From positions 800,001 through 864,000 of the forward strand of contig CAWANJ010000009.1 in the NCBI GenBank assembly GCA_963783385.1: a stretch of 64,000 bases of DNA, in the 5' to 3' direction. A program made the position numbers and the translations under genes. Shown piece by piece: positions 29,137 to 40,080 of the stretch. Each line of letters opens with the position of its first letter. Positions within the stretch are counted from its first letter, which is position 1. The notes under the pieces were generated by a model. The model searched no databases and was not told the DNA's origin. It saw nothing but the letters and a program-made list of their open reading frames with translations. The stretch comes from an uncultured Gemmatimonadales bacterium (GTDB lineage Bacteria; Gemmatimonadota; Gemmatimonadetes; Palauibacterales; Palauibacteraceae).

Positions 29137-31046
29137 TCGTCTCCATGACGCGGGTGCGGATCCTGGGACCGCGCGAGCGTCTCGAGGCCGTACTCGGGGA
29201 GCTGCAGGACATGGAGGTCCTGCACGTGGCCCCGCCGGTGACCCTGACCCCTCCCGGGGGCGCCCCTTCCGCGGAAGTGCCGGAGGCGGAGCGGAGCGTG
29301 GCCGCCACCCGGAAGCGCATCGAGGCGATCGGCTGGCTCCTGGAGCGGCTTCCCACCACGGACGGCCGCGGCCGAGCCCGCGGCGGCCTGCCCGACCGGG
29401 AGGAGGTGCTCGACGACCTCCTCTCCCGCCTCCACCGCGTGGTCGCGGCGCTCGGCCAGCAGCAGGAGGGACGGAGCCGCGAGCGCGCCCGGATGGCGCG
29501 CATGCGGGAGCTGCTCGAGACGTTCCGCGGTCTGGACACGCTGCGCGGCCGCTCCGGGGCGACCCACCCCTACTTCCTGATCGTCGAGACCCCGGACGGG
29601 AGCGCCGTGCAGGAGCTCCGGGAGGGGCTGGCCCGGCTCCTGGACGGCGGCTTCGAGCTGCTCGAGGGACCGCCGAGCGACGGCGAGACGCCGGCCGTGC
29701 TCCTGGTGCCCGGTGATCGCACCGAGGAGGTGGAGCGACTCCTGGCGGGCGCCGGGATCCAGGAGCTGCCGCTCACCGCCGGCGGAGCGGATGCGACGAG
29801 CTCCCCGGACGAACGGCTCGAAGCCCTCGACGCGCGCCTCGTCACGCTCAGGCGTCGCCTCCACCGGCTGGGACGCCGATACCGCGCCCCCCTGGAAGAC
29901 TGCCTGCAGGCCGAGCACGACCGCCTCCTCGCCCTGGAAACCCGAGCCGGCGCCGCCACCAGCCGGCACGCGTTCGTGCTGCAGGGCTTCGTGCCCGAGG
30001 ACGCCGTGCGCAGGCTCGAGAGTCGTCTCCACGAGCGCGTCGGGCCCACCGTCGTGGTGGAGCGCCAGGGCCGGGAGGAATGGCAGGGGGAGCTGGCGCC
30101 CGTCGTCCTCCACAATCCACGGCTCTTCCGGCCCTTCGAGGCCATCACGCGCACCCTGCCCCTGCCCCGCTACGGCAGCATCGACCCGACGCCCTTCGTG
30201 GCCGTGTTCTTCCCGATGTTCTTCGGCGTCATCGTGGGCGACGTGGCCTACGGGGCCGCCATCGCCGCTCTGGCCCTGCTCCTGCGCCGCAGCTCGGCGC
30301 CGGACAGCCTGCGGCGTAGCATCGCCGAGATCGCCGGGGCGTGCGCCGCGTTCACGATCGTGTTCGGCTTCCTGTATGGCGAGTTCGCGGGCGACCTGGG
30401 TCGACGCCTGTTCGGCCTCCACCCCCTCCTCCTGGACCGGGAGGAGGCCCTGGTGCCCTTCCTGGCGCTCGCCATCGCGCTGGGTTTCGTGCAGGTCGTG
30501 CTCGGCCTGTTCCTGGGAGCCATCTCCTCCTTCCGGGGTCACCGCCGGGAGTCGCTCGGCCGCGGCCTCTCGGCCCTCATGCTCATCCTGGTGGCCCTGG
30601 CGCTGCTGGCCGCCGTGGAGGTCCTCCCGCACGGCTTCTTCACCCCGGCGATCGTGGCGCTCCTGGTGGCCTTTCCGGTCCTCGTGATCCTGGAGGGGTT
30701 CCTGGCTCCCATCGAGCTCCTGTCGACGCTGGGCAACATCCTTTCCTACGCTCGTATCATGGCCGTCGGGACGGCATCGGTGATGATGGCCGTGGTGGCC
30801 AACCGCCTGGCGGGCGCGGTGGGAGGTGTGCTCGTGGGCGTCCTGTTCGGCCTCATCTTCCACGTGGTGAACTTCGGGCTGGCGCTGTTCGGCCCCACCA
30901 TCCACGGCCTGCGGCTCCACTACGTCGAGTTCTTCGGCAAGTTCTTCAGCCCGGGCGGAACCCAGTACCGGCCCTTCGGGCACTGGCGACCGGAGCCCGG
31001 CCCTCCATCCAACCCCAGCGCGGCGAACGCCGCGAGGAGTGATTGA
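29133..31046 (+). CDS. atpI: A/V-type ATP synthase subunit I
   Basis: IDPT, FFG...GDVAYG, LSYARIMA, LRLHYVEFFGKF. Confidence 0.93.
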   Translation: MIVSMTRVRILGPRERLEAVLGELQDMEVLHVAPPVTLTPPGGAPSAEVPEAERSVAATRKRIEAIGWLLERLPTTDGRGRARGGLPDREEVLDDLLSRLHRVVAALGQQQEGRSRERARMARMRELLETFRGLDTLRGRSGATHPYFLIVETPDGSAVQELREGLARLLDGGFELLEGPPSDGETPAVLLVPGDRTEEVERLLAGAGIQELPLTAGGADATSSPDERLEALDARLVTLRRRLHRLGRRYRAPLEDCLQAEHDRLLALETRAGAATSRHAFVLQGFVPEDAVRRLESRLHERVGPTVVVERQGREEWQGELAPVVLHNPRLFRPFEAITRTLPLPRYGSIDPTPFVAVFFPMFFGVIVGDVAYGAAIAALALLLRRSSAPDSLRRSIAEIAGACAAFTIVFGFLYGEFAGDLGRRLFGLHPLLLDREEALVPFLALAIALGFVQVVLGLFLGAISSFRGHRRESLGRGLSALMLILVALALLAAVEVLPHGFFTPAIVALLVAFPVLVILEGFLAPIELLSTLGNILSYARIMAVGTASVMMAVVANRLAGAVGGVLVGVLFGLIFHVVNFGLALFGPTIHGLRLHYVEFFGKFFSPGGTQYRPFGHWRPEPGPPSNPSAANAARSD

Positions 31047-31050
31047 GTCG

Positions 31051-31272
31051 ATGGACATGTTCTGGCTCACCCTGAGCGCCGCCCTGGCGATCGCCGTCCC
31101 TGCGCTGGCCACGGCCTGGGCCCAGTCCCGGATCGGGTCCTCGGCCGCCGCCACGCTGGCCGAGAAGCCCGAGCTGAGCACCACCGTGATCCTCATGATC
31201 GCCATCCCCGAGACGATGGTGATCCTCGGCTTCGTGGTCGCCCTCATGATCCTCCTCCAGGGCGGCGCCTGA
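31051..31272 (+). CDS. atpK: A/V-type ATP synthase proteolipid subunit K (single hairpin)
   Basis: Two TM helices; AQSRIG..AEKPE..IPETMVILGF. Confidence 0.92.
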   Translation: MDMFWLTLSAALAIAVPALATAWAQSRIGSSAAATLAEKPELSTTVILMIAIPETMVILGFVVALMILLQGGA

Positions 31273-31282
31273 GGCCGCGGAC

Positions 31283-31927
31283 ATGAGCCTGGACGCCCTG
31301 CTGGACGCCGTCGAGCGTCGCGGCCGCCAGGAGGTCGAGCGCGTGCTCGATCAGGCCAGGGTCGAGGCGGCCGCCCTCGAGCGTGCCGCCGAGTCTCGCG
31401 TCATGGAGCGCCGCGCGGCCGCCCTCCGCGAGCTCGAGGCGCGCGTCCGAGGGGAAGCGGAGGCCCGGCTGGCCGCGGCTCGCCGGGAGGCCAGAGCCCG
31501 GGTGCTGCGCTCGCGCGAGCGGCTGCTGGAGGCCGTGTTCGAGGCGGTGGTGCGGGAGCTGCCCGACGCCGCCGCGTCCGAGCGGTACCGGAGCGCGCTT
31601 CCCGATCTCCTGGTCGAAGCCCAGCGCTGCGTGGACGCGCGCGGGGCCACGCTCGAGTGCGCCGCGCCGCTGCGCGAGGAGGTGCGGGAGATCCTGGACG
31701 CTCCGGCCGACGGCGGCGCGGGTCCGCGGGATATCGTGGTCCGGCCGTGTCCGGAGGCGGCCACGGGCATCCGGCTCGTGTCGGCGGACGGTCGAGTCGT
31801 CGTGGATGCCACGCTGACCGCCCGTCTGGGGCGGCTCCGGCCGCGACTCGCCATCATCGTGCTTGCCGCTCTCGGTCCCGGGGCCATGGCCTCCGTGACC
31901 CCGTCCGGAACGGGAGACCGACCGTGA
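31283..31927 (+). CDS. atpE: A/V-type ATP synthase subunit E
   Basis: N-terminal coiled coil; GIRLVSADGRVVVDATL. Confidence 0.85.
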   Translation: MSLDALLDAVERRGRQEVERVLDQARVEAAALERAAESRVMERRAAALRELEARVRGEAEARLAAARREARARVLRSRERLLEAVFEAVVRELPDAAASERYRSALPDLLVEAQRCVDARGATLECAAPLREEVREILDAPADGGAGPRDIVVRPCPEAATGIRLVSADGRVVVDATLTARLGRLRPRLAIIVLAALGPGAMASVTPSGTGDRP

Positions 31928-32937
31928 GCGGGTGGTGGGGCGACGTGAACGCCCGGGCTCGGGGACTGGGCACCGGCCTTCCCTCCGCCGCCGACCTGAC
32001 CGTCCTCGCCCGCGAACGAAGCGTCCCGGGACTCGCCCGGAACCTCGCGGCGCGCGGCGTGGGGGTCGGCGCCAGGCCGGCGGCCACGGCCGCCGAGCTG
32101 GACACGGAGGTGCGCCGCTGGGCCGCCGGGCACCTGGCCCTGCTGCGCCGCCGCATGGGCCATCGCCGCTCCCTCGCGGCGCGCGTGATCCTCGACGACG
32201 CGGACCGGCGCGCGGTGCGCGCCCTCCTCCGGGGCGCAGCGGAGGGAGCTCCGGCCGCCGTCCGCCTGACCGGCGTCATCCCGTCTCCCCGCCTCCCTCT
32301 CCCGCGGCTCGAGGAGCTGGCCCGGTGCGATTCCATCGAAGACCTGGGGGATCGGCTCGAGCGACTGGGGCACCCGGCAGCCGCTCCGCTCCATGCGGCC
32401 CCCGGCGGAATGGTGCCGGACCTCTTCCGCCTCGAGGCCGCGCTGGACCGGGCCTACGCCCGTCGTGCCCTGGAGGGTCCCGGCCGCGGCGGGGACCTGC
32501 TGGCCTTCGTGCGAGAGGAGATCGACCTGCGGAACGCCTGGTCGATCCTGACCCTGTCGGGCACCGCCGGCGCTGGCGACACGGACGGACTCCACCTGGA
32601 GGGAGGGGAGCGGATCTCCCCTGCCCGCTTCCGGGACCTGTGCGGCACGGACCCCGAACGGGCCCGGCGCGCGCTGACCGGGACCTTCGCCGGCGGGCCC
32701 CTCTCCGGCCTGTTCCGGGAGACGGCCTCGACGGCGACGCTGGAACGGCGGGCCCTGGAGCTGCGGGTCATCGCGTGGACGCGCCGCGGGCGGGCCCTCC
32801 CCCTCGGACCCGCGCCGTTGCTGGCCTTCGCCCTGCGGCTCGCGGCCTCCACCTACGATCTGTGCTCGCTGGTGTGGGGGTGCGCGCTCGACGCTCCGCC
32901 CGACCGGCGGCTGCCGGCGCTCCGGGAGGTCGCATGA
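31924..32937 (+). CDS. atpC: A/V-type ATP synthase subunit C
   Basis: [22 protein letters not shown]; operon position. Confidence 0.75.
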   Translation: MSGWWGDVNARARGLGTGLPSAADLTVLARERSVPGLARNLAARGVGVGARPAATAAELDTEVRRWAAGHLALLRRRMGHRRSLAARVILDDADRRAVRALLRGAAEGAPAAVRLTGVIPSPRLPLPRLEELARCDSIEDLGDRLERLGHPAAAPLHAAPGGMVPDLFRLEAALDRAYARRALEGPGRGGDLLAFVREEIDLRNAWSILTLSGTAGAGDTDGLHLEGGERISPARFRDLCGTDPERARRALTGTFAGGPLSGLFRETASTATLERRALELRVIAWTRRGRALPLGPAPLLAFALRLAASTYDLCSLVWGCALDAPPDRRLPALREVA

Positions 32938-33260
32938 AGCGTCGAGCCCGGATCGTGTGCACGCCGGCCCTCGCGCCGGGCTTCCGGCTCGCCGGGCTCC
33001 CCGTCCAGGAGGCGGTGACCGCCGCGGACGCCGCACGGGAGCTGTCGGCCCTGCGCCGTCGGCCCGAGGTGGGCATCGTGTTGGTGGAGCAGGGGCTGTT
33101 CGAGGCGCTCGCCGAGGACGAGCGGGCCGCGTCGGAGCGAGGGGCGCTTCCGGTCGTGGTCCCGTTCCCGGGCCCGGAGTGGGCGCGGGCGGAGGACGCC
33201 GAGGCCTACGTGGTCCGCCTCCTGCGCCGGGCCATCGGCTACCGGGTGAGGCTCCGGTGA
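32934..33260 (+). CDS. atpF: A/V-type ATP synthase subunit F
   Basis: GFRLAGL, GIVLVE, LRRAIGY. Confidence 0.88.
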   Translation: MKRRARIVCTPALAPGFRLAGLPVQEAVTAADAARELSALRRRPEVGIVLVEQGLFEALAEDERAASERGALPVVVPFPGPEWARAEDAEAYVVRLLRRAIGYRVRLR

Positions 33261-35050
33261 ACGGACCCCGGGTGGTCATGGCGGCCGGCGCCCTGGCCCG
33301 GCTCGAGCCTCTACGGGAAGCGTCCCTGAACGAGCTCGTGCGGGTCGGGGAGGCCGGTCTCCTCGGCGAGGTGATCCGTCTCCAGGGCGACGTTGCCACC
33401 GTGCAGGTGTTCGAGGAGACGGCCGGGCTGCGCCTGGGCGAGCCGGCTCGCCCGACCGGCGGCCCCCTGACCGCCGAGCTGGGTCCCGGCCTGGCCGGGG
33501 CGGTCCTCGACGGAGTGGGACGCCCGCTCGAGGCCGTGGCCCGGGCGTCGGGGGCCTTCCTGCCGCCGGGCGCCAAGGCGGCCACCCTGCCCCGGGACCG
33601 GCGGTGGGAGTTCCGGCCCACGGTCGGCCCGGGCTGGACGGTGGGCGGTGGAGACATCCTCGGAACGGTGGACGAGAAGCCGGGGCTCGAACACCGGATC
33701 CTGGTGCCGCCGCACGTGGCCGGCCGCATTTCCGCCCTCGAGGCCGGCAGCTACGCGGTAGACGAGCCGATCGGCGCCCTCGAGGACGGCACGGAGCTGC
33801 GGCTCGGCCACCGATGGCCGGTGCGCCTGCCCCGGCCCGTGGCCGCCCGCCTGCGCGGCGACCGGCCCATGGTCACGGGTCAGCGGGTCTTCGACCTCCT
33901 GTTCCCGGTCGCACAGGGAGGCACCGTGGCGGTCCCGGGCGGCTTCGGAACCGGCAAGACCGTCATCGAGCAGACGCTGGCCAAGTTCGCCGAGGCCGAC
34001 GTGGTCGTGTACGTCGGCTGCGGCGAGCGCGGCAACGAGATGGCGGAGGTGCTGGAGGAGTTCCCGGCCCTCGAGGACCCGCGCAGCGGACGCTCGATCA
34101 TGGATCGCACGGTGCTGGTCGTGAACACGTCCAACATGCCGGTGGCGGCGCGGGAGGCCTCGACCTACCTGGGGATGACGGTCGCCGAGTACTACCGGGA
34201 CATGGGCTACAGGGTGGCGCTCCTCTCGGACAGCCTGTCGCGCTGGGCCGAGGCGCTGCGGGAGATCGCCTCCCGCCTCCAGGAGCTGCCGGGCGAGGAG
34301 GGTTATCCCACCTACCTGTCCAGCCGCCTCGGGGCCCTGTTCGAGCGGGCCGGGCGCTGCGCTCCGCTCGGAAGCCCGGAGCGCGAGGGTGCCGTCACCT
34401 TCATCGCCGCGGTCTCTCCCCCCGGCGGCGACTTCTCGGAGCCGGTGACCCAGGCCTCCCTCCGGGCGGCGGGAGCCCTGTGGGCGCTCGACCCGGCCCT
34501 GGCCCACCAGCGCCAGTTCCCCGCCGTGGACTGGGAGGTGAGCTACAGCCTGTACGCCGGACCGACCGCCGGGTGGTTCGCCCACGAGGTGGGCGCGGAC
34601 TGGCCTGAGCTGCGCCAGGAGGTCCTCACCCTGCTGGAGAGGGACCGGGAGCTCCGGGACGTCGCGGGCCTCGTGGGACCCGAAGCGCTGGAGGACAGCG
34701 ACCGACTCCTCCTGCAGGTGGCGAGGCTGGTGCGGGAGCTGCTCATCGGACAGAGCGCGGTGGACCCGGTGGATGCGTTCTCGCCGCTCGCTCGGACGCA
34801 CGCGCTCGCCGAGCTCCTGATCGCGCTGCGGGATGGGGCGCGCTCGGCGATCGACCGCGGCCGCGCGCTCGAGTCGCTGGACCTGTCCCCCGCCGTTCGC
34901 GCCCTGTCGGCCGTCCGGCGCGCCGCCCCCGACGAGCTGCCCGGCCGCGTCGAGGAGGCCCGCGCCGCCATCGAGGCGCTACGCGAGAAGGGGACGGAGG
35001 GGGACCTCCCGGCCGGCGAGGACGTCACGGCGGGCGAGGGGGAAGCGTGA
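33257..35050 (+). CDS. atpA: A/V-type ATP synthase catalytic subunit A
   Basis: P-loop [35 protein letters not shown]. Confidence 0.96.
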   Translation: MNGPRVVMAAGALARLEPLREASLNELVRVGEAGLLGEVIRLQGDVATVQVFEETAGLRLGEPARPTGGPLTAELGPGLAGAVLDGVGRPLEAVARASGAFLPPGAKAATLPRDRRWEFRPTVGPGWTVGGGDILGTVDEKPGLEHRILVPPHVAGRISALEAGSYAVDEPIGALEDGTELRLGHRWPVRLPRPVAARLRGDRPMVTGQRVFDLLFPVAQGGTVAVPGGFGTGKTVIEQTLAKFAEADVVVYVGCGERGNEMAEVLEEFPALEDPRSGRSIMDRTVLVVNTSNMPVAAREASTYLGMTVAEYYRDMGYRVALLSDSLSRWAEALREIASRLQELPGEEGYPTYLSSRLGALFERAGRCAPLGSPEREGAVTFIAAVSPPGGDFSEPVTQASLRAAGALWALDPALAHQRQFPAVDWEVSYSLYAGPTAGWFAHEVGADWPELRQEVLTLLERDRELRDVAGLVGPEALEDSDRLLLQVARLVRELLIGQSAVDPVDAFSPLARTHALAELLIALRDGARSAIDRGRALESLDLSPAVRALSAVRRAAPDELPGRVEEARAAIEALREKGTEGDLPAGEDVTAGEGEA

Positions 35051-36429
35051 CCGCTCCGGTCCGGACCTACCGCGGCGCGGCGGGGGCCAGTGGCCCCCTG
35101 CTCTACCTCCCGGACGCCCGGGGCGCGGTCCTGGGCGAGTGGGTGGCGCTCGAATCCCCCGGCCAGCCGCCGCGACGCGGCCAGGTCATCGAGGTGGGCA
35201 CGCAGCTCACGGTCATCCAGCTCCTCGAGGAGAGCCACGGGCTGGCCCCGGCCAGCACGCGGGTCACACTCACGGGCGAGCTCGCCGGCACGCCGGTAGG
35301 CCTCGAGTTCCTGGGCCGGGTCCTGGACGGGGCCGGGAATCCCCTGGACGGACTGCCCCGTCCGGTCGGAGAGGCGTGGCGGCCCGTGTGGGGAGCCCCG
35401 CTCAATCCCGTCCGCCGCGCCCGACCGGCGGACGTGATCGAGACCGGGATCTCGGCCATCGACGGGCTCAACACGCTGGTCCGGGGGCAGAAGCTCCCCG
35501 TGTTTTCGGGACCGGGGCTGCCGGGGCTCGACCTGGCCGCCCGCGTCGTGGAGAGCGCCCGCGTCCCGGGTGGCGAGCCCTTCGCCGTCGTGTTCGTGGC
35601 CATCGGCATCACCGAGCGCGAGACCCGCGGCTTCCTCGAGCGGTTCGAGGACCGGGAGGCGCTGGAGCGCACCGTCGTGTTCCTGAACCGAACGAGCGAC
35701 CCGACGCTCGAGCGGCTCCTGGCGCCGCGACTGGCCCTCACGGTGGCCGAGTACCTGGCGTTCGACGCGGGACTGCACGTGCTGGTCGTCATGGCGGACA
35801 TCACCCACTACTGCGACGCTCTCCGGGAGATCGCGGCCTACCGGGAAGAGATCCCGGGGCGCCGCGGCTACCCCGGCTACATGTACTCCGATCTGGCCAC
35901 TCTCTTCGAGCGGGCCGGGATCCTCCGCGACGGGACGGGATCGCTCACACAGCTCCCGGTTCTCACCATGCCCGATGACGACATCACGCATCCGATCCCG
36001 GACCTCACGGGCTACATCACCGAGGGCCAGATCGTACTCGGGCGGGACCTTCACCGGCGCGGCATCTCTCCACCGGTGGACGTGCTCCCCTCCCTGTCGA
36101 GGCTCATGAAGGCCGGCATCGGCCGGGGACGGACGGCCTCCTTCCACCGCGCCTGGGCCGACCAGATCTACGCTCTGTACGCGCAGGGCCGCGAGGCCCG
36201 CCTCACCGCCGCGATCGTCGGCGAGGCCGGACTCTCGGAGGCCGACCGCAGGGCCGTCGGGTTCGCGGACCGCTTCGAGGGAGAGTTCCTGGGGCAGGGA
36301 GCCCGGCGTCGCTCCTTCGACGAGACCTTCGCCGTGGGCTGGACGCTGCTGGAGTCCATGCCCCGCGAGGAGCTCCTCCGCATCGACCACGAGACCTGGG
36401 CCGCACGGCCGGGCGCGGACGGAGGTTGA
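35047..36429 (+). CDS. atpB: A/V-type ATP synthase subunit B
   Basis: [46 protein letters not shown]. Confidence 0.96.
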   Translation: MTAPVRTYRGAAGASGPLLYLPDARGAVLGEWVALESPGQPPRRGQVIEVGTQLTVIQLLEESHGLAPASTRVTLTGELAGTPVGLEFLGRVLDGAGNPLDGLPRPVGEAWRPVWGAPLNPVRRARPADVIETGISAIDGLNTLVRGQKLPVFSGPGLPGLDLAARVVESARVPGGEPFAVVFVAIGITERETRGFLERFEDREALERTVVFLNRTSDPTLERLLAPRLALTVAEYLAFDAGLHVLVVMADITHYCDALREIAAYREEIPGRRGYPGYMYSDLATLFERAGILRDGTGSLTQLPVLTMPDDDITHPIPDLTGYITEGQIVLGRDLHRRGISPPVDVLPSLSRLMKAGIGRGRTASFHRAWADQIYALYAQGREARLTAAIVGEAGLSEADRRAVGFADRFEGEFLGQGARRRSFDETFAVGWTLLESMPREELLRIDHETWAARPGADGG

Positions 36430-36431
36430 CC

Positions 36432-37124
36432 GTGGCCACGGCGCGCGGCCCCGCCCCCACACGCTGGAACCTCCTGCGCACGACCCGACGGCTGGGCCGC
36501 GTTCGCAAGGGAGCCGAGCTCCTCAGCCGGAAGCGGAGGGCGCTCGTGACCGAGCTGTTCGATCTCGCCCGTCCCGCGCTCGAGGATCGCACCCGGCTCG
36601 CCCGACGTGCCGCCACCGCCTACCCGGCCCTCCTGCGGGCGCTATCGGTCCGCGGCGGAGCCGACGCGCGCGCCCTGGGTTGGCCGACCCGGGACCCCGA
36701 GGTCGAAATGGAGCTCCACGAGACGTGGGGGGTCCGCGTGGCCGAGATCCTCGGAGCCCCGGGGATCCGGCGAACCCCGTTCGAGCGGGGCGTGGCGCCC
36801 GCCTGCACCGGCCCCTCGGTGACCGAGGCCGCCGACGAGTTCGAGGACTTCGTGGCGCTCCTCCTCGAGGCCGCCTCCCGGGAGACGCAGATCCGCAGGC
36901 TTGCCCGGGCCCTGGCGCGCACTTCGCGGCAGGTCAACACGCTCGAGCAGCGCGTGGGTCCGGACCTGGCGAGACAGGCGGCCGAGATCCGGCGCACGCT
37001 CGAGGAGCGCGAGCGTGAGGACCATTTGAGGTTGCGTCGGCTGGGCAAGAAGAAGGGCGGCCGGCCAGGGTCGCTGGAGGAAGCCGGCGCCGTCAGCCCT
37101 TCGGGCTCACCGCGTACCCGATGA
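36432..37124 (+). CDS. atpD: A/V-type ATP synthase subunit D
   Basis: [35 protein letters not shown]; GTG after GGAGG. Confidence 0.92.
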   Translation: MATARGPAPTRWNLLRTTRRLGRVRKGAELLSRKRRALVTELFDLARPALEDRTRLARRAATAYPALLRALSVRGGADARALGWPTRDPEVEMELHETWGVRVAEILGAPGIRRTPFERGVAPACTGPSVTEAADEFEDFVALLLEAASRETQIRRLARALARTSRQVNTLEQRVGPDLARQAAEIRRTLEEREREDHLRLRRLGKKKGGRPGSLEEAGAVSPSGSPRTR

Positions 37125-38193
37125 TCGTGAGCGTGACCATGTAGACGATCATCGCGACGCCGAGCCAGATGAAGAGGCGCGTCCGCCGGCCCCGGACCGC
37201 CGGCCGGTCCAGCACGGGAACCAGGAACAGGAGCAGTCCGGCCAGCCCGAAGCCCAGGATGCCCACGGCCTCTCCCTCGAACCCGAGGATGTAGGCGGGC
37301 AGGTACTTCAGGGTCTGGAACATGAACATGAAGTACCACTCGGGCTTGATGCCCACCGGCGCCGATGCGAACGGGTCCGCCTTCTTCCCCAGCTCCGCGG
37401 GAAGGTAAGCCGCCAACGCGGCCAGAACGGCCAGCGCGGCGAGCCAGCCCAACAGGTCCCGGAGAAGGAAGTCCGGCAGGAACGGAATGCTGCGTGCCGG
37501 CTTCTGCTCGCTCTCCACCTCGGGCGGCACGCTCATCCCATGTCTCTGAACCAGGTACACGTGCAGACCCAGCACGAGGAAGACGAGCGCCGGCAGCACC
37601 GCGGTGTGGAGCGCATAGAATCGGGTGAGCGTCGCTCCCGTGACGTCATTCCCTCCTCGGAGCGCCCGCAGGAGGAACTGACCCACCCCCGGGACCACCC
37701 CGACGATTCGCGTACCCACCGTCGTGGCGAAGTAGGAGAGCTCGTTCCAGGGCAGCAGGTAGCCGGTGAAGCCGAGCGTCATCCCGAGCGCCAGCAACAC
37801 CACGCCCGTGAACCAGGTCAACTCCCGGGGCGGCCGGTAAGCCCTCAGGAGGAGCACGCTGAACATGTGGATGAACAGCGTGAAGATCATGAGGTTGGCC
37901 GCCCAGTGATGGATGGAGCGGACCAGCCAGCCGAAGTGCACGTCGGTCATCAGGAACTGGATCGACTCGTACGCGCCCTCGGCGTTGGGCCGGTAGTAGA
38001 ACAGGAGGAGGACGCCGGTCACGACCTGAACGATGAACAGGAAGAGGGTCATCCCGCCCAGGTAGTACCAGATCGTGTGGCGGTGGAGGGGGACCTGCTT
38101 CTTCTTCCCCAGGCGCTCCATCTCGCCCAGGATGCCCACGCGGTCGTCGAACCACGCCCGGAGAGCGCCCAACCGGCTGCCCGTGCCGCTCAT
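37093..38193 (-). CDS. Cytochrome b of a Rieske/cytochrome b (bc) complex
   Basis: Four heme-ligand His (RSIHHW, IHMF, ALHTA, LHVY), GYLLPW, intact KPEWYF. Confidence 0.93.
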   Translation of the reverse strand: MSGTGSRLGALRAWFDDRVGILGEMERLGKKKQVPLHRHTIWYYLGGMTLFLFIVQVVTGVLLLFYYRPNAEGAYESIQFLMTDVHFGWLVRSIHHWAANLMIFTLFIHMFSVLLLRAYRPPRELTWFTGVVLLALGMTLGFTGYLLPWNELSYFATTVGTRIVGVVPGVGQFLLRALRGGNDVTGATLTRFYALHTAVLPALVFLVLGLHVYLVQRHGMSVPPEVESEQKPARSIPFLPDFLLRDLLGWLAALAVLAALAAYLPAELGKKADPFASAPVGIKPEWYFMFMFQTLKYLPAYILGFEGEAVGILGFGLAGLLLFLVPVLDRPAVRGRRTRLFIWLGVAMIVYMVTLTIIGYAVSPKG

Positions 38194-38684
38194 CCGGCCT
38201 GTCCCCGGCTCACGACGATGCGGTCACCCTGCACGTTGACGACGTACTCCGCGAGCGGCTTGGGAGGCGGACCGGACACGTTGATCCCCTGGAGGTTGTA
38301 GTGCCCGTTGTGACACGGACACCAGATCTGGCTCAGGTCCGGTCGGTACTCGACGATGCATCCCAGGTGCGTGCACACGGCGGTGAAGGCGCGCAGGTCG
38401 CCCGACGGGGTGCGGATCAGAATGGCCGGCTTGTTTCCGAACTTGAAGATCTGGCCCGAATTGGGCTTGACGTCCTCGGGCTTGACGGACAGCGCCACGC
38501 TGTTCGCCGCCGATTGGGCCTCCTCCGGAGGGACAATGTAGCGAACGATGGGATAGAACACGGCCGCGGCGACGCCGCCCGCCCCGAGGCCCAGGATCCA
38601 GTTGACGACCTCGCGGCGGCTGGAGCCGTCACGCTGCGAGCCGCCCCGGCGCCCGTGCTCCTGGCGGACTTCCTCACCGTCCAT
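38190..38684 (-). CDS. Rieske [2Fe-2S] protein
   Basis: SRREVV Tat-like motif plus TM helix; CTHLGC and CPCHNG. Confidence 0.93.
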   Translation of the reverse strand: MDGEEVRQEHGRRGGSQRDGSSRREVVNWILGLGAGGVAAAVFYPIVRYIVPPEEAQSAANSVALSVKPEDVKPNSGQIFKFGNKPAILIRTPSGDLRAFTAVCTHLGCIVEYRPDLSQIWCPCHNGHYNLQGINVSGPPPKPLAEYVVNVQGDRIVVSRGQAG

Positions 38685-40080
38685 GGCTTCCCTCACCTCC
38701 GTTCCCGCGCTGTTTTCCTTCTCCGGATCCGGCCGACCTTCCGGTCTTCCGGATCTTCAGCACCAGCATCGTGATGACCAGCAGGATCAGGGCTGCGGAG
38801 ACCGCCAGGCCCAGCCTGCGGACCTGGAGCTCCTGCAGCGCGTCCCGGCCCCGGGTGGCGGACTCGTCAGCCACCTCGAGTCCGGGATCGACCTTGGCCT
38901 TCACCGAGTCCACCACGAACGAGTGGATGGCGGCCCGCGCCTGGATGAGCGCGTTCCGGGCGTTGCTGAGGTTGGCCTGGGCCTGGCTCACCTCCATGCC
39001 GGCGTCCGCGGCACGACCGAGGATGGAGTCCGCCACCTGCATGCGGCCCGCCAGCGAGTCGATCAGCGAGCGCTCGCCCGTGGCCACCTGCGCGCCCTTG
39101 CTGTCGGCCGTGTGGCACCGACCGCAAACCGCGCTGTCCCCGACTCCCAGGAAGGCGTCCGTGGGCGCGTGGATCTCGTGGTTCCCGTGGCAGGTGACGC
39201 ATCCGGGAGCCCCGATCATGCTGAAGATCTCCGAGTGGAAGCTGGCCTCGAAGCGCCCGGCCTGTACGGCGTGACACTGACCGCACACGTTCACCACGCT
39301 GGAAACGCCCGGAGGGGTGGCTCCGTGGCTGCCGTGGCAGTCGTTGCACGTCGGAGCCGAGAGGTCGCCCTTCTGCGAGAGCGTCGCCCAGTGGACGCTC
39401 TTCTCATACTTCTGCATCTGGTCCGTCGGAATGCCGTACGGCTTCATGTAGTCCGCATCCGCGTGGCAGCGGCCACAGGTCCGGGCCACGTGGACGGGGT
39501 ACACGTTGGACTTGGGGTCCGACGGGGGGCGAATGGAGTGAATGTGGTGGCAGTCGGCGCACGTGGCCACGAGCGTGTCCCCGGCCGCGAGGCGGCGGCC
39601 GTGGACCGAAGTCCGGTACTCGGCGACCTGATCGACGCGCAGCGACGGGTTGAAGCGCTTCATGAACTGCGCGTCGGAATGGCAGCGTCCGCACAGCTCC
39701 GGGATGTCCTTCCGCGAGGGTATGCCGATGAACCCCTTCGCCGGATCCATGGCGCCGAAGCCGGAGTCCTTGTCATCGCCCCCGTGACAGGCGACGCACC
39801 CGAATCCCTTGCTCGCGTGGATGTCGTCGTGGAACTGCTTCGCCGGCGCCGAGAAGCGCTCGGAGTCGAGGGACCGGTGGCAGGTGACGCAGCTCTCCTC
39901 GGGCCGAGTCGCGCCCGTCGTGTCCGCGCTCGCCGCCCCCGTCGTGTCGGCGGCCGCGGCCGTGTCTCCTCGCGCCGGGGCGGCGGCCTCAGGGGTTCCC
40001 TGAGCGAAGATCTGTACGGTTCCGAAAGGCGATGCGGCCACAGCGAGGACGAAGCAAGCGAGTAGGGAGCGCACGCTCAT
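38674..40080 (-). CDS. Nonaheme cytochrome c, C-terminally membrane-anchored
   Basis: Signal peptide, 9 CxxCH, C-terminal TM helix. Confidence 0.92.
   Translation of the reverse strand: MSVRSLLACFVLAVAASPFGTVQIFAQGTPEAAAPARGDTAAAADTTGAASADTTGATRPEESCVTCHRSLDSERFSAPAKQFHDDIHASKGFGCVACHGGDDKDSGFGAMDPAKGFIGIPSRKDIPELCGRCHSDAQFMKRFNPSLRVDQVAEYRTSVHGRRLAAGDTLVATCADCHHIHSIRPPSDPKSNVYPVHVARTCGRCHADADYMKPYGIPTDQMQKYEKSVHWATLSQKGDLSAPTCNDCHGSHGATPPGVSSVVNVCGQCHAVQAGRFEASFHSEIFSMIGAPGCVTCHGNHEIHAPTDAFLGVGDSAVCGRCHTADSKGAQVATGERSLIDSLAGRMQVADSILGRAADAGMEVSQAQANLSNARNALIQARAAIHSFVVDSVKAKVDPGLEVADESATRGRDALQELQVRRLGLAVSAALILLVITMLVLKIRKTGRSAGSGEGKQRGNGGEGSHGR

Noticed and set aside
37093-38193. Heme ci-binding b6-type cytochrome
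   Set aside because: The Cys position reads YYLGG here and QAFGG in the paralog; subunit IV is fused
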